A stretch of DNA of 64,000 bases from Vitrella brassicaformis CCMP3155 (GCA_001179505.1 CDMY01000459.1:8222-72221); one strand, 5' to 3'. Shown: positions 12,294-24,714, numbered from the stretch's first letter. Program-made: numbers and translations. Notes: generated by a model from the letters alone, not told the origin.

Positions 12294-13203
12294 TCACAGT
12301 CGATACGCGATGTGGCCGGCCCGTGTGCTGTATATCGGCAGCCCTTGTAGGGCTGGTAGCTCACCGATGGATGACAGCTCCAAAGTGTCCAACTGCACAC
12401 ACGAACCACAGCACACACACATGGATGACGCCCTGTGTGTGTGGCTCGGGTGGCTGACCTTGATGCAAGATATGGCCCAGCCCTTGACCGAAAACGACAC
12501 ATCAGTCGCACACACGCACACACATTAATGACACAAACACATTGAGGATAAATTTATTGATCAACACACAGATGGGTGGATGGTAACCTACTTGAGCTCC
12601 TGGGGCGCGACGCTGCCGTAGTAAGCTGCCCTCCTTAGCGCCGTCATAGGTCAGCTGATGGATGGATGGATGGATGGACAGACATGCCATGCATTCATTC
12701 ATCGGCGGGTGGATGTGTGTGCCGGTTTACCCTTCCCTCAGCATAGTGGGACGGCGGCTGCTGGTCGGAACTCAGCTTGGGGATGCTCCACAGTGAAGGG
12801 ACATACCTGCACACACACACACGCCTATCTCTGCCAACCTGCCAGCGATTTCCGTCTGCCTGTCTGTCTGTCTGTCTGTCTGTCAGGCCAGCCCCTCTCG
12901 GCATGGGTCTGCAACAGATCCAGGAAAGGATCACAGACGGAGCGGCCGATGCGGCCTTGGAAGTGCTTCTCGACGATCCCCTCTCGGCATGGGTCTGCAA
13001 CAGATCCAGGAAAGGATCACAGACGGAGCGGCCGATGCGGCCTTGGAAGTGCTTCTCGACGATGAGACTCCTGCACAGATACAACAAAGCAGATGGCGTG
13101 TGTGTGTGCCATGAATGAGATCTCTCTTGTCTATCTTGTCACGGCCGTTGCGTATCTTGTCACTCACTCACCCAGCGTCGTTGAGTATGAATAGGGCGTC
13201 CAT
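12294..13203 (-). pseudogene. AP3M: AP-3 complex mu subunit (clathrin adaptor medium chain) remnant, internally deleted
   Basis: N-term MDALFILNDAG|SLIVEKHFQGRIGRSVCDPF matches the AP3M start pattern (LFxIN..G....EKH....xRSVCDxF). C-term SLWSIPKL..., DVSFSVKGWAISCIK|LDTLEL, PYKGCRY, TRAGHIAYRL* match the AP3M end. The middle ~300 codons are absent, there is an 86-bp duplication, and one acceptor lacks its AG. Confidence 0.8.
12892..13063. repeat. Perfect direct tandem duplication, 2 x 86 bp
   Basis: cccctctcggcatggg...cttctcgacgat at 12892-12977 and again at 12978-13063. Confidence 0.97.
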
Positions 13204-13369
13204 TTGCACACACCACCCTCCCGCCCTTCCCGGCTTCCTGGCGGCGGCTTCTCCGATCGCCTCGTATGCGAGCTTAAAAGACGACGAGAATGGAGCAGTG
13301 GTATCAGGTTGTGAAGAGATCTGGCTGAGGTGCGAATAAGAAGACGGAGTCGAGCCTCAAGAGAGAGGA

Positions 13370-14776
13370 ATGAGGCTGGAAGCAACGGCTGAGGCTGAAG
13401 GCATGAACCCAACATGCGTCCGTGTCGCTCCTCCTGCCCCGACTGATCCCCCAGACGTCCTCAGACAATCAGCTTCTAAAATAGGCGTTCCAACGAGAAG
13501 GTCAGCGGAGTCATCGAAGCATCCATCGGAGGCTGAAGGAGATGGGGAAAGCGGCGCTCGGCTCTCAGATATTCCCACCACCGCCTCGACACCGGTCTCC
13601 ACCCCTGCAGTGGACGGCCGAGTTTCAGTTGACGCGGGAGGTGCTCTGCTGCAGGGTGATCTGTGGGGCTTTCTGGAGCTGGAGATTGGCTGTATGACCT
13701 TTCCGCTGACGGACTATCCCCGGAGGCATTTCCTTGTCGTCATCGGCCTCGTCCTGATCTATGCAGTTTACTGGTCGGGGGGCCTCATCCACCTTATCCT
13801 TGCCAGTTCCCTCGGGGACGAATACTCATTCGCGGTGCTTGTGATTCCAATTGCAGCACCGTCGTCTGCGATGGCCCTCGTTGGATTGGGAAGTCTCTGC
13901 GCATCGCCTTTTTGGTGCCTCACTCGATGCGTCATATACTTATCGATCTTTCTCACCATTTTCCTATCCTGGATCATGTTGTTAAGCGTGGTGGGTCTTT
14001 TCAAGCTCGACACTCTCGACTTCGTAGTTACTTCCGCTCCCGACAGCCTCGGCTGGCGCGTTGGCACAATGACGTGGGTGGCCGGTGCGGTGCTTCTGCA
14101 GTTCACCCTGTTCATCGTCGTCTCGGAGCCTCGAGTCGTCCGTGCATCGGCCACACCGACGGGTGGAAGGAAACTGGACGTCGACTACGACCGAATCTCA
14201 TGCTGCGGCCGTCGGGCAAGGTGGAAACCGTCGGCGACGGCCGAGCGGATAGCCAAGGCGCGGCAAACAGAGCCCTTTCTGTACCGATCGGTGGTCAATC
14301 GGTGGCTCAAGTGGATGGATTATCTTACGTTCATTCGCTTGTACAAAATGCTGGCCGTTGTCGCGATGGCCACCGACTTTATGACTGACGCGGCGGTGGG
14401 AGTGGAATTCATCACCTGGTCGACGGAGGACAGTCACGAAAGAGACGCGCAAGGCTTAGAAGGAGAAGCTCAGCGCATCCGAGCTGTCGGCTTTGTCATC
14501 CTTGGGCTATCGTTGGGTGACGTCGTGTCGGTCTTTATTCACTATGTCATCCGCGGCACTCCATCGCTATGGCAACACCTCTGCATCGTAGCCTTCGCCC
14601 TGCTGGAAGTGCCCATCTTGGTGCTGACGATTGTGTGGGCGACGGAGGGTATCAATTTGGCACTGGTCATTGTGTCTGTCTTCTTTACTTCTATAACGAT
14701 TCTTTATCGAGTCGGGTCGTTCGCATGGAGCATGTATATGCGGCACAGAGACGAAATGTCGAAAAATGATCAATGA
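13370..14776 (+). CDS. Intronless multi-pass membrane protein (468 aa), unknown function
   Basis: Single uninterrupted ORF free of microsatellites, with roughly 8-9 hydrophobic segments in two clusters separated by a basic loop. Confidence 0.8.
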   Translation: MRLEATAEAEGMNPTCVRVAPPAPTDPPDVLRQSASKIGVPTRRSAESSKHPSEAEGDGESGARLSDIPTTASTPVSTPAVDGRVSVDAGGALLQGDLWGFLELEIGCMTFPLTDYPRRHFLVVIGLVLIYAVYWSGGLIHLILASSLGDEYSFAVLVIPIAAPSSAMALVGLGSLCASPFWCLTRCVIYLSIFLTIFLSWIMLLSVVGLFKLDTLDFVVTSAPDSLGWRVGTMTWVAGAVLLQFTLFIVVSEPRVVRASATPTGGRKLDVDYDRISCCGRRARWKPSATAERIAKARQTEPFLYRSVVNRWLKWMDYLTFIRLYKMLAVVAMATDFMTDAAVGVEFITWSTEDSHERDAQGLEGEAQRIRAVGFVILGLSLGDVVSVFIHYVIRGTPSLWQHLCIVAFALLEVPILVLTIVWATEGINLALVIVSVFFTSITILYRVGSFAWSMYMRHRDEMSKNDQ

Positions 14777-15381
14777 GGTGAGAAAACAAGGGCAAGGGGG
14801 GACTGAGAGACAGATCTCTGTAGAATGTGTCATCTTGCTCATGTGTGATGTCAGCGAAAGCCATCAGTGGTGTGATGGCGCACTCTTTACATATGGAGGT
14901 ATTTTCTTCGTGTCCCAGTCAATCGTCCTTTTATGCCATGAGATGCAGCGTACGGTATGGACGTAGGTTAGGTGTGTTCGGTTGAGTTTTTTTTGTAGTC
15001 CAACAGTGTGTAGTTCCATGCCCTTCAGCTGGTTTTAGACGTGCTGTCACATTCTTGCTGCTGTGGATCGATACTGTGTTCCTGGACCGACGGGGCGTTA
15101 CGGATCTTTCGCATACACTCTGTGCAACCTCAATCTGTTACTGGGCCTCACACTGCACACAAGTTGAGCGAAGCCATCCAACACAGCAGTCATCGGTCGC
15201 ACATGAAGGCACGGTACGCACCCACGCAGACACACGACACGAGCATCCAGAGCCACACACATCATCCCACATCCCCACCTCCGCCCCCACCGTTGGGTCT
15301 GCCGAACGACAGACGGCACACCGACATAGAGCTGGCCAAGGCGCTAGTGAACCAACTGCTGCTGGCACCCCGCTTGCCCCT

Positions 15382-18230
15382 TCACTGGCTGTCCTGCGTC
15401 TGCCTCAGCCTCCTTGCCTTGCCCTTGGGATAGTGCCTGACGCCCACACACCAACCAACACACAGCACCCCCCATCACAGACACCTTCACCCACCGATCG
15501 ATCCCTCCATCCGCCCACACATCCGTCTGCCCACCTTGTCTCGATGGGGTCAAACCCCTTCTCTTGCGCGCCCCGCACGGCCCATTGTGGAGTGGGAGCG
15601 CAGTAGTCGAGAGCACCGAACAGCTCGCCACTCGTGGCCTGATACATAGATTGACGGATGGATGGATGGAGCCACCAATCACTGATTCTCTTGAGCGTCG
15701 GTGTGTCCCTGGCTGAGGTCTTACCAGCTGGTGGAATCTATCGTAATCGATCCACGTGTGCCACACGCCGTCGATCTTGAAGCTGCATACGCCACAGAAG
15801 CAAGACCAGAGCGTCTGTGGCTGTGTGGGTGTACATGGTGCCTTCGCACGGCTTTATCGTACCTTTTTTTCGCAATGACGACGCAGTTGGAGTGCTCGTG
15901 CTCACAGGCCAGCTCGTACTCATCGGCCAACTCAGCCGAGGACGATATGATGGCGTCAGCAAAGTTCAACACCTACACACACACAGGCACACACAAAGAC
16001 AGCTGTGGGCCTGCACTCCTACCACGGTAGAGTGTGTTGGTGGTCCTCAAGTCACCTCCTGGTGGTATGGGACGTGTTTGATGGTGAGATGTGACGCTGT
16101 CGATGTGCCGCAGTAGGTGACCGACTTGATCTCGATGAAGTCGGGACGACCCAACGACACCAAACGGCCGTACTCACACGCATCCTGACACACACACACA
16201 CACACACACAGGATGCCAAGAGATACACGTGTTTGTGCTGATGGATCGATCAGTGCACTGTGTACCTGCATGTTGTGTTGTTTGACGAGTGTGAGGCGGT
16301 AGACGGTGCGCTGACGCCGCTCACGCAACGCCGTCAGGGAATCGACGAAGCGGTCCCAATAGTCCCCGAACAGAGGACGATCTGACGCACACGGAAATGC
16401 ACTCTTCTCTCCGTCTTCGTCTTGTTATGGTCTCATCTTACCGACGGCCTTGAGTGTTTCCGGCGTGGCTGCATCGACGGACACATACAGCTGAGTGACG
16501 GGCTTCAGATTGCGGATGGCCTCAGGGAACTGGGCGTTGGTCACCTGCACACACGCACATTAGCGGGCGGATACATCCACAGGATGGCTGCTGTGCTGTG
16601 CTGTGGGGTGTTGGGCCGTGGTGTGTGCGTACCAGGAAGGTGGAAATGTGTCTTTCGTGCAGCATGGCGATGAGCTCGTTGATGTGTGGGTACATGATAG
16701 GCTCGCCAACCAGACTCAACGCGCAGTGCCGGATCTTCATTGCCGCCTCCAACCTGTGTGTGTCGCCACATCCACACACGAGGCAGACGCTCGTTTGGCG
16801 GGTCTGTCTGTCTGTCTGTCTGTCTGCAATGCTGTCTGGCTGTCTGTATCTGTGGGGTCGGTCACCTACCGTTCTGGTATGACTCCGGGCATGCCTTTGA
16901 GCGTTTTGACGAGCTGTCTGTGGTTGTCGATGGTCTGCTGCACTATCATCTCGGGAGGGTCCAACGCCCAGCGCCACTCCTTGCCCACCTGTGGAACACA
17001 CACACCCAACACACACACACACACACACACAATGGCGCAATGGCACTTGCCCTGTCTAAATGAGAGAGGGGCGGCAGTCTTACAGGGTTCTTGTGGTGGC
17101 GCCAGCAGAAGACGCACTTGTTGGCGCATGCCAGGGATGGCGTGGCCTCCATGCAGGCATAGCTCTCGATCCCATAGAAAGAATGCTTGTAGCAGCCCCC
17201 ACGACCGCGCAGCTGATGCTTCGTCCACCTGCACACACACACGGCGCCACAACACCACCCACAACACCGAGTGAGTGCGTTGCCTTGGTTTTCTCCCTCT
17301 CCCTCCCCCCCTCTGTCTGCCCACCTGCAGAGCTTGACGGCCGAGTGGCTGCCGACAATGCGATAGCCCTCTTTGGTCAGCGCCGCCCTCTGCCGTGACG
17401 TCACCATCTCCCTCGCCGTCTCTCTCGCACTGCTGCCCTCACCAGAGGGCTTCCCACCCACAATGTCCTCCACATCGTCCGCCTCGGCCTCACCGCCACC
17501 CTCCTGCCCATCGTCAGACGCACTCCCATCGCTCTCAACATCGCTCTCATGGTCAGCCTCAGCAGCAGCAGCAGCAGCAGCGTGGATCTCTGGTGGGTCT
17601 GGTGAGCCCGTCATGGCTGCATGGACGAGAGGGAAGAGCCGTGTCAGCCATGGTGTGAGCTGAGGGGGGATGTCGGCCGTGTCGGTGAGAGTGCAGGTGG
17701 GCAGGATGCGGTGAGCGGAGAGCGAGTGGAGCAGCCGGTCGAGTGTGTGCGCCGCCCGGCAGAACTGCTCGCCGTACTCGTGGCTGCCGAGACCAACGAT
17801 GGCGTACCTGCAGACAGCCACACACAGATACACACACACACACACACACGTGCACCCCTTCCTCCCCTCCCCCCCTCCCTCCCTCCAGCCGTCACCTTAG
17901 CTGCGCAAGTGCCGCCTTGTCAACCCGAAAGTCATTCCTCCAGTCCTCGAGCATAGCGAAGAAGGAAGTCCCAGCAGGGGGAGGCAGACCGTCAGTGTAG
18001 GTCGAGATCACGACTATGACGCACCTCTCGCTCGTCAGGTCATCGATGTTGTAGTCGCTCATGCTGCTGACGGCCACATGCGCTCTGCTGAGGAGGTAGA
18101 GGCGGAGTTGGGACACCAGCTGCCTCGCTTCGGCTTTGGCGGTGCCTCCCAGCGAAGCAAAGAGCACCAGCACCCTCTCGCCCCTTGACGAGCCGCGACG
18201 GAGATCAGGGCGTCCAAGAGATGACCACAT
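15382..18230 (-). CDS. TYW1: tRNA wybutosine-synthesizing protein 1 (flavodoxin + radical SAM)
   Basis: Flavodoxin part FASLGGTAK...STYTDG...GLGSHEYG; GYRIVGSHSAVKLCR|WTK; GGCYKHSFYGI; CANKCVFCWR (CxxxCxxC); SLVGEP; TNAQFP; LYVSVDA; RTVYRLTL; FIEIKSVTYCG; WHTWIDY; GFDP. Confidence 0.97.
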
Positions 18231-18372
18231 AACCTCACCTTCTGTCCCTTTCGCTTTTTTCCTTGCGAAAGCTTCTTGCCTTCCTGCACCTGCGAGCTTA
18301 GCTACGGATTTACCTGTGGCGAGGCGCTTGGAGCCATCCCCTCTGATCTAAAGATGCGGAGCCCTCGACAGA

Positions 18373-21300
18373 ATGTCCGACGCCAAGGGCTCAGGGAGAG
18401 CAGGAACGAGCGCTGAGGACAGAATGGCCATCATCCTCCAGTGCAAGAACTCTCTGCCGCCCTTTCTCCTCTACGCCTTACTCATCCTCCATGCTGCCCA
18501 TGCTGCCGCGTCAGCGCGCTCTGTGGCCGTCCGAGCAGTGCACGCTCATCAGCATCCACACGCCAACTTCACCCTGCTGACCAGCGTCGAGGCCCTCCCA
18601 GCCGGCCCTTCATTCGACAGCAAAAAGGCTCAGGACATTGCCGAAGCGGAGGCGGCGAGGACAGAGCAGCTCTTCCACGGCCTTCTCGGCGAGCGTGAGG
18701 TGGCCATCGAGGGCTCTGTGCTGCAGCCGGCAGCCAAGTCGGCACCGCAGCGTGTGGCGGCGGCTGACAAGGCGACCCGTGAGGCGGCCACACTCGCCCA
18801 GGCAGAGGCTGCAGAGGCTCAGCAGGCGGCCAGAGAGTTCGATGAGTCGCTGCGGCAGGACCGATTGGCCCGACAATGGGGAGGCGGCGGTGGCCGGGGG
18901 CGGTGGAGGGACCGTGAGATTCAGGTGCTGTCTGCCGGCACGACCAGGGACGTCTTCAACCCCGCTCTCGTCTCCCTCAGTGACCTGTCGGCGGCTGACG
19001 TGCAGTCGCTTGTGGGTGCCGCAGGGGGGGCGGGAGCGGCGTCGGACGGCAAAAAGGCAGCGTATGTGGTGGCGCTGCGGTCGCAGCTTTTTAACCGGAA
19101 TGTCTGGTGTGACTCTCATGTCGTTGTCGGCTTCCTCGATGAGTCCTCCGACAGATCGGTGACCTTCAGGTGAGAAGAAGAAATGATGTGCATGATCGAC
19201 TGACATGGTGCCTGCCTGCCTTTTGTTTGTGTCTGCAGGTGCTGTCTGATGACGATTTCTGGGGCCCTGATTTGCCCTACGACTGCGCCGAGACCAAGCG
19301 GATCACGATGACAGGCCCTGACGACCCTCGCCTCATTCTGCTCTCCAAGCGCCTCACAGCAAGGAATAACACAGAGGAGGGGAAGGATTTGTGGCTGCTG
19401 TTTTTCGGCCGCGAGCACCACCGCACCCCCAATGTGCCGTGTGGCGAGCATGGCCAGCAGCCGTACCTGGTGAGGCTCTTGGTGGAGGCCTCGGCTGTGC
19501 CTCAGTGGCCTGCAAGGATAGCGGTGGACAGCAAGAGCATGATGGCACTCAAATACGACAAAGCCACGCCGGTAGCCGCAAAGAAAATGGCAGGGGACAG
19601 GGGGGAATATCTTGCCTTCTTGTCTATTGTGTGCAGGTTGAGAAGAATTGGAGCCCCTTCGAATATCCTCCGCCCCTCCCGGCCCACAGCCTCCCACCCA
19701 TCTCTCTCTCTGCGTCGGCGTCCCGGCTGCTGACAGTCTACAGCATCGAGCCCCACATCGTCTTGCAGATCGACCCACACACAGGCACCACCACCGCATT
19801 CGCCAACTCGTCCCATCCCTTTCTCCACCAGTGGGCCAACGCCGCGAGAAAGTACCAGGACGTCAGCTCCTTCGTGGTCCACGGCGGTGCCGGGGTGGCC
19901 TTTGTCGCACCATCCGCAGCCGACGACCCCTATTTCCTCAGTGTGTTCCACGTGCTGACGAGCGGGGCCAACCCACTGGAGGGCGGCGCCATGGAGACCA
20001 TCTATCAGTCGTTCTTATACAAGTTCCGCGCCACGCCTCCTTTCGACATCCTTGCCATCAGCCAGGAGCTGCCGCTCCACCGATCTCAGTGCGGGTGGGG
20101 CGCATGGGAGGCCTTTCCCGTGTCGATCAGTGTGCGGCGTGGCGACAAAGGCGACAAAGGGGACAAAGGGGACAAAGGGGAAGGTCCTCGTGTGTGGATA
20201 TCGTATGGGAGCGGCGACAAGCAGAACAGGGTGTTTGATGTGGGACTGGAGGAGTTGGAGTCGCACTTCTTCCAGGAGCCGGTCGACATCGGCGGACCGC
20301 CACAGCTCGTCGGCACCGCCATGGGAAGTAAGCACACCGAAATGTGTCCTGAAAAATGCCGCTATCTATGTTGCGTCTCTTCTCTGCTGCACATACAAAA
20401 AGGCGAGTGGCGCTTCCCAGCCCCCGCAGTGCCACCACCGAGATCAGCACAGCAGCCGCAGCCACCGTCGCAGCCCCACACAACGAGACACAGGCGGCCA
20501 CAGCCACCGTCGATGCGCTCGACAGCATCTACAGCGACACCCACACCATCTACATGGGGGTCCCCAATTACCAGCCCGGCCAGAAGAGCATCAGCAAGAG
20601 CCTCAAACTGCTGCAGAGAAAGAGACAGAGACAGAGACAGAGGGGTGGGGGTGGGGGTGGGGAGAAGGTGACGGTTGTGATGATGGCCCATTTGCGTGCG
20701 AGGCTGCCCGTGGTGCTGGACGTGCTCGACCGGTACAGACAAATGCCGCACCTCTTTGGAGAGATCCTACTCGGTGAGATAAAGAGGGGGGGAGGGAGTT
20801 GCGAGCATCGAGGCAGCAACCCCCCCCCCCTCTTCACTTTTGTGTGTCCGTGTGTGTGTCAGTATGGAACAACCAGACGGACCGGCCTCTGAGTGACACC
20901 CAGGACCCGTTTGGGCGGCACTTTGGCGATATTCAAAGGACGGAGGGCTCCGTGCCTATCAGACTGATCAACGCAGAGAAGAACTCCATGAACGTGGGCA
21001 GGCAGCCAGCCCGGCAGACCCACAGCCACTACACCCACACACTAAGGTGTCTCTTCTCTTTTCTGGCAGAACCGATTTGCCGTGTGGCCGCTAATCAAGA
21101 CACCAGGCGTCCTCATACAGGCTAGATGGATGGATGGATGGATGGATGGAGGACGAAGGCCATGTCGTGGTCTGAGAATGTGAGCATGTTTGCCCTTGTT
21201 TGGCAGGACGATGACATGTGGCTGGAGGAGGCCGACCTGCGCTGCCTGGTGGACGCCTGGTGGGTGAAGATGAAGATGCATGGCTCTCGACGCTGGCTGC

Positions 21301-22114
21301 TCTGTGAATCCGATGCTTGTCAGGCGGGCACACCCTGACCAGCTGATTGGGGCCTTCATCGAACGTCTCGACATCAACAAAGGTGGCTTACTTGATGAGA
21401 GAGGAGACACCTCTCTCTGTGCCTCTCTGTGTGGTGAGTGCGTGCAGACATGGACGAGATGGCACTGCATTGGGACGAGTGTGCGGCGGAGGAGAGGCCC
21501 GTGTGCCTCATGGGCAGGAGCTACTCGATGCTCCTGCCGCACCCTTGGCTCATCAAGACACAATACCTCCACGAATATACCAACCACCCGTAACACCCCC
21601 CCTCCACCCCCCAACAGACAGACAGACAGACAGACGGACAGACAGAGAGAGACACGGATGCCCTCCCTTCTTCCCTCCCTCCCTCCCTCCCTTTGTCTGT
21701 CTGTGTGTGTGTCTGCTCAGCGCCATGACCAGTCTGGTAGACTCGCTCTTCAACTGCGACGACCTCTACACCAACGCCCTCGTCACCTACGCCACCTCCC
21801 TCCCACCTCTCGCCGTCAACGTCACTGTCCACCGCTCACCCCTATGGGCACAGACACAAGGAGGGGCCATGTGGGTGCTCGACACTCGATGGAGGGAGCA
21901 TCGCCGGCAGTGCATTCAGAAAATCAACGACTATTTCTTGTCAAAGCCTGTGTTGGCGAGTGTGGGCAAAGCGGCGGCTCAGAGGCCAGTGGTGCTGCAT
22001 GGTGGTGATGGTGGTGGTGGTGGTGTGGTTGTTGACACTGGGACGGTGTTCAAGCGGTGGAGCCGTGTGGTGGAGTGTGCTGGGGGGAGGGAGCCGCAGA
22101 CGCCCGTTGGCTAG
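18373..22114 (+). CDS. Secretory-pathway fusion: five-bladed beta-propeller (GT91 beta-mannosyltransferase/GH130-like) + C-terminal GT64 (EXT/EXTL-type) glycosyltransferase
   Basis: Hydrophobic N-term segment. Propeller motifs FNP, GPDDPRL, EKNWSPF, VHGG, VFH, YQSFLYKF...PPF, AFP, SYGSGD. GT64 motifs EILLVWNN, NSMN|NRF, IQ|DDD, AWRAHPDQLIG, YSML, NCDD, HRRQC. All junctions splice in frame. Confidence 0.9.
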
Positions 22115-22637
22115 AGACGTTGATTGACTGACTTAGCGACACAGACAGACAGACAGACAGACAGAGACTTATGCGAATCGCAGAAGGTGCGTGTGCGTGT
22201 GTGTGATTAGTGTATGTCTTGCGTGTTGTTGAACAGCGGCTCTTTCTGTGCGCACGCACCAGGGGAAAGGTGCAGCGAGCCACCCCGACTTCACTTCAAC
22301 GTGCCATATCCTATGATCTCGCCTCACGGATTGAAAAGGAGCACACACACACACACACATGGAGACACGCACACTCACGGAAGGAAGGCCTCACAGAGCC
22401 CTGTCCGTCGTCAGTCACATCACTCCACCCATCCCACCTCACCACCAATTTGTCCGCCGCCTTCATCGCATCACGCACAGACACACGAAGCTCCGCCCAC
22501 TCACCCATCCAGCCACCCACCCACCACCAAAACACCACATCCACACACGCAGGCAACACCATCCATATGTGTGAGTGTGTGTGTGTGTGTGTGTCGGTGG
22601 GGCAGGCGGCGGTGCATGGCTGGTTGTTGGTTGTGGC

Positions 22638-23462
22638 TTAGTCCTTCTCCTTGCCCTTGCCACCGCGGAGCAGACCCGTGCGGCGCGCCGCGATGAGACC
22701 GACCTGCACACACAGATGAACAGTCGCACACACACAGGCAGACAGACAGACCGACAGACAGACAGGGAGGTGCATGGAGCTTTGGTGTGGGTGTGGGTGT
22801 GGGTGCTCGGCGGCTGGCTGACCTTCTGCCCCGGTGGAGCCATGCGCGACATGGTGGTGGGATGACCCACGTGCTGATGGTTGCCTGCACGCATCGCATC
22901 ATTATAGAGAGGGAGGGATGGAGGAGGGGGGGCTGGGTGTGTATGTGCTGTCCTGTGCTGTCCTGTGTTGTTGGTGTGCACCGCGTACCTCCTCCGTGTG
23001 GGTGTTCCACGGGGTTCATGGCCACACCGCGCACCTTGGGCCAGCAGTTGCGCTTCGCCTTATACTTGTGGTAGCTATTCCCTGAGCAACAACACCGCAA
23101 CACACACAATTGCATTGCACACCACGCTCAGACCGTCTGTGTGTGCGCGTGCCCAAGTCACGGCTCACTCAGTCAGTCACTCACCGGCCTTGAGCATCGG
23201 TTTGTCAATCCGCTGTCCGCCCGACATGATGCCGACGATGCCGCGGCAGGTGCTGGGGAGCGTCTTGCGTGAGCCCGACGGCAAGCGGACGCGGGTCTTC
23301 TTGCCGTCCTCCGAGTGGCCGGTGACCGTCGCGTAGACGCCTCCCGTCTTGGCGAGTTTGCCGCGGTCGCCGGCCTTCTCCTCCACAGACGACACCACCG
23401 TCCCCTCGGGCATCCTGCCCACCGGCAGGATGTTGCCCACACACAGGTGAGCTGACACACAC

Positions 23463-23499
<37 letters not shown>

Positions 23500-24269
23500 A
23501 GTGCGTCGTAGGGTGACGGAGGGAGGGAGGGAGGGAGGGAGGGAGGGGGAGGAATGTGAGTCTACCTACCGTTTTTGCCGGCGTAGACGAATTGTCCGGT
23601 GTGGAGTCCCTCGACGGCGGGCATGAGCTCCTTCTTGATGCCGTAGCGAGTGCTGTCGCGGAACACAACCTACACAACACACCACAGCACACCACACACA
23701 CACAGTGGTGAAAGGTTGTTGTTATTCTGTCTGTGTGTCTGTCTGTCGCGCGTACCTCGGCGAGCGGTGCGCCACGGCCGGGGTCGTGAATAATCGACTT
23801 GACGATGCCCTTGGTGTACCTAACGACACACACGACACGGCACGGCAACACATCAGCCAGCATACAGTCTTCCCTCCCTCCCTCCCTCCCTCCCTGTCAA
23901 GGTGTAGGTACGATCGACTCACTCACCCCTGCCTCTCGGCGTAGTCGAGCACCCGCATCTTGGCGGGTCCCTTGCGGTGGTGGGTGTGGGACTTGAACAC
24001 CGACCCACGACCCTTACGCTGGGCTGCACACACACACACACACACACGGACACAGACAGACAGACACAGACACAGACAGACACGTGTGTGAGGGGGACGC
24101 ATCGCGCCAGTGAGGTGTGGAGGCCATCGAGGCCTCTCGTGTGCACCCCATTCCTCCTGGCTGTGCGTGTGTGCGTGAGGGGGGGTCCTGCGGCTGCCTG
24201 GCTCGCTGTGAGTGAGAGATCTCTCTGTTGTTTCCTGTCTATCGCCTTACATCTGATAACGCGCCCCAT
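22638..24269 (-). CDS. RPL8: 60S ribosomal protein L8 (uL2)
   Basis: MGRVIR|[67 protein letters not shown]|[10 protein letters not shown]. Confidence 0.99.
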
Positions 24270-24398
24270 GGGGTGTGCTGCAGCGGAAAAGGGCCGCTTC
24301 ACACTCTGCGACTGCGAGCTATGGAGTTAGGGCTCTGTTTAACTGAACGGTAAACTCTCTCAGGAAACAGAGTGTTTGGACACGCGAGAGGAGATCCC

Positions 24399-24714
24399 AT
24401 GAGCATGGAAATGTCGATAAAGCAGAAGGGACAAGGCCCCCCCACCGAACAGCACCACTCCAGCAACCTCAAGAAGCGAACACACTCGGAGGCCTGCGGG
24501 GAGGACCAGGGTGGTGAGCCTGGTGGTGCCGTCAGTCATGCCCGGCTGGCTGAGCAGCCCTCTGACGCCAATATTGAGGCGAAGATACGTGTCTTGGTGC
24601 GAAACACCTCCCTTGAGCAGCTTTCCATCAAGAGAATACGGTGAATGCCGTGGGGGTGGTGGGGATGGACACTCTATCTAGAGTCTCAGCGACGTGGGCC
24701 CTTTTCCTGTGGTA

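Noticed and set aside
20141-20184. 9-bp repeat encoding (GDK)4, collagen-like
   Set aside because: Too short for a triple helix; a slippage expansion in a surface loop.
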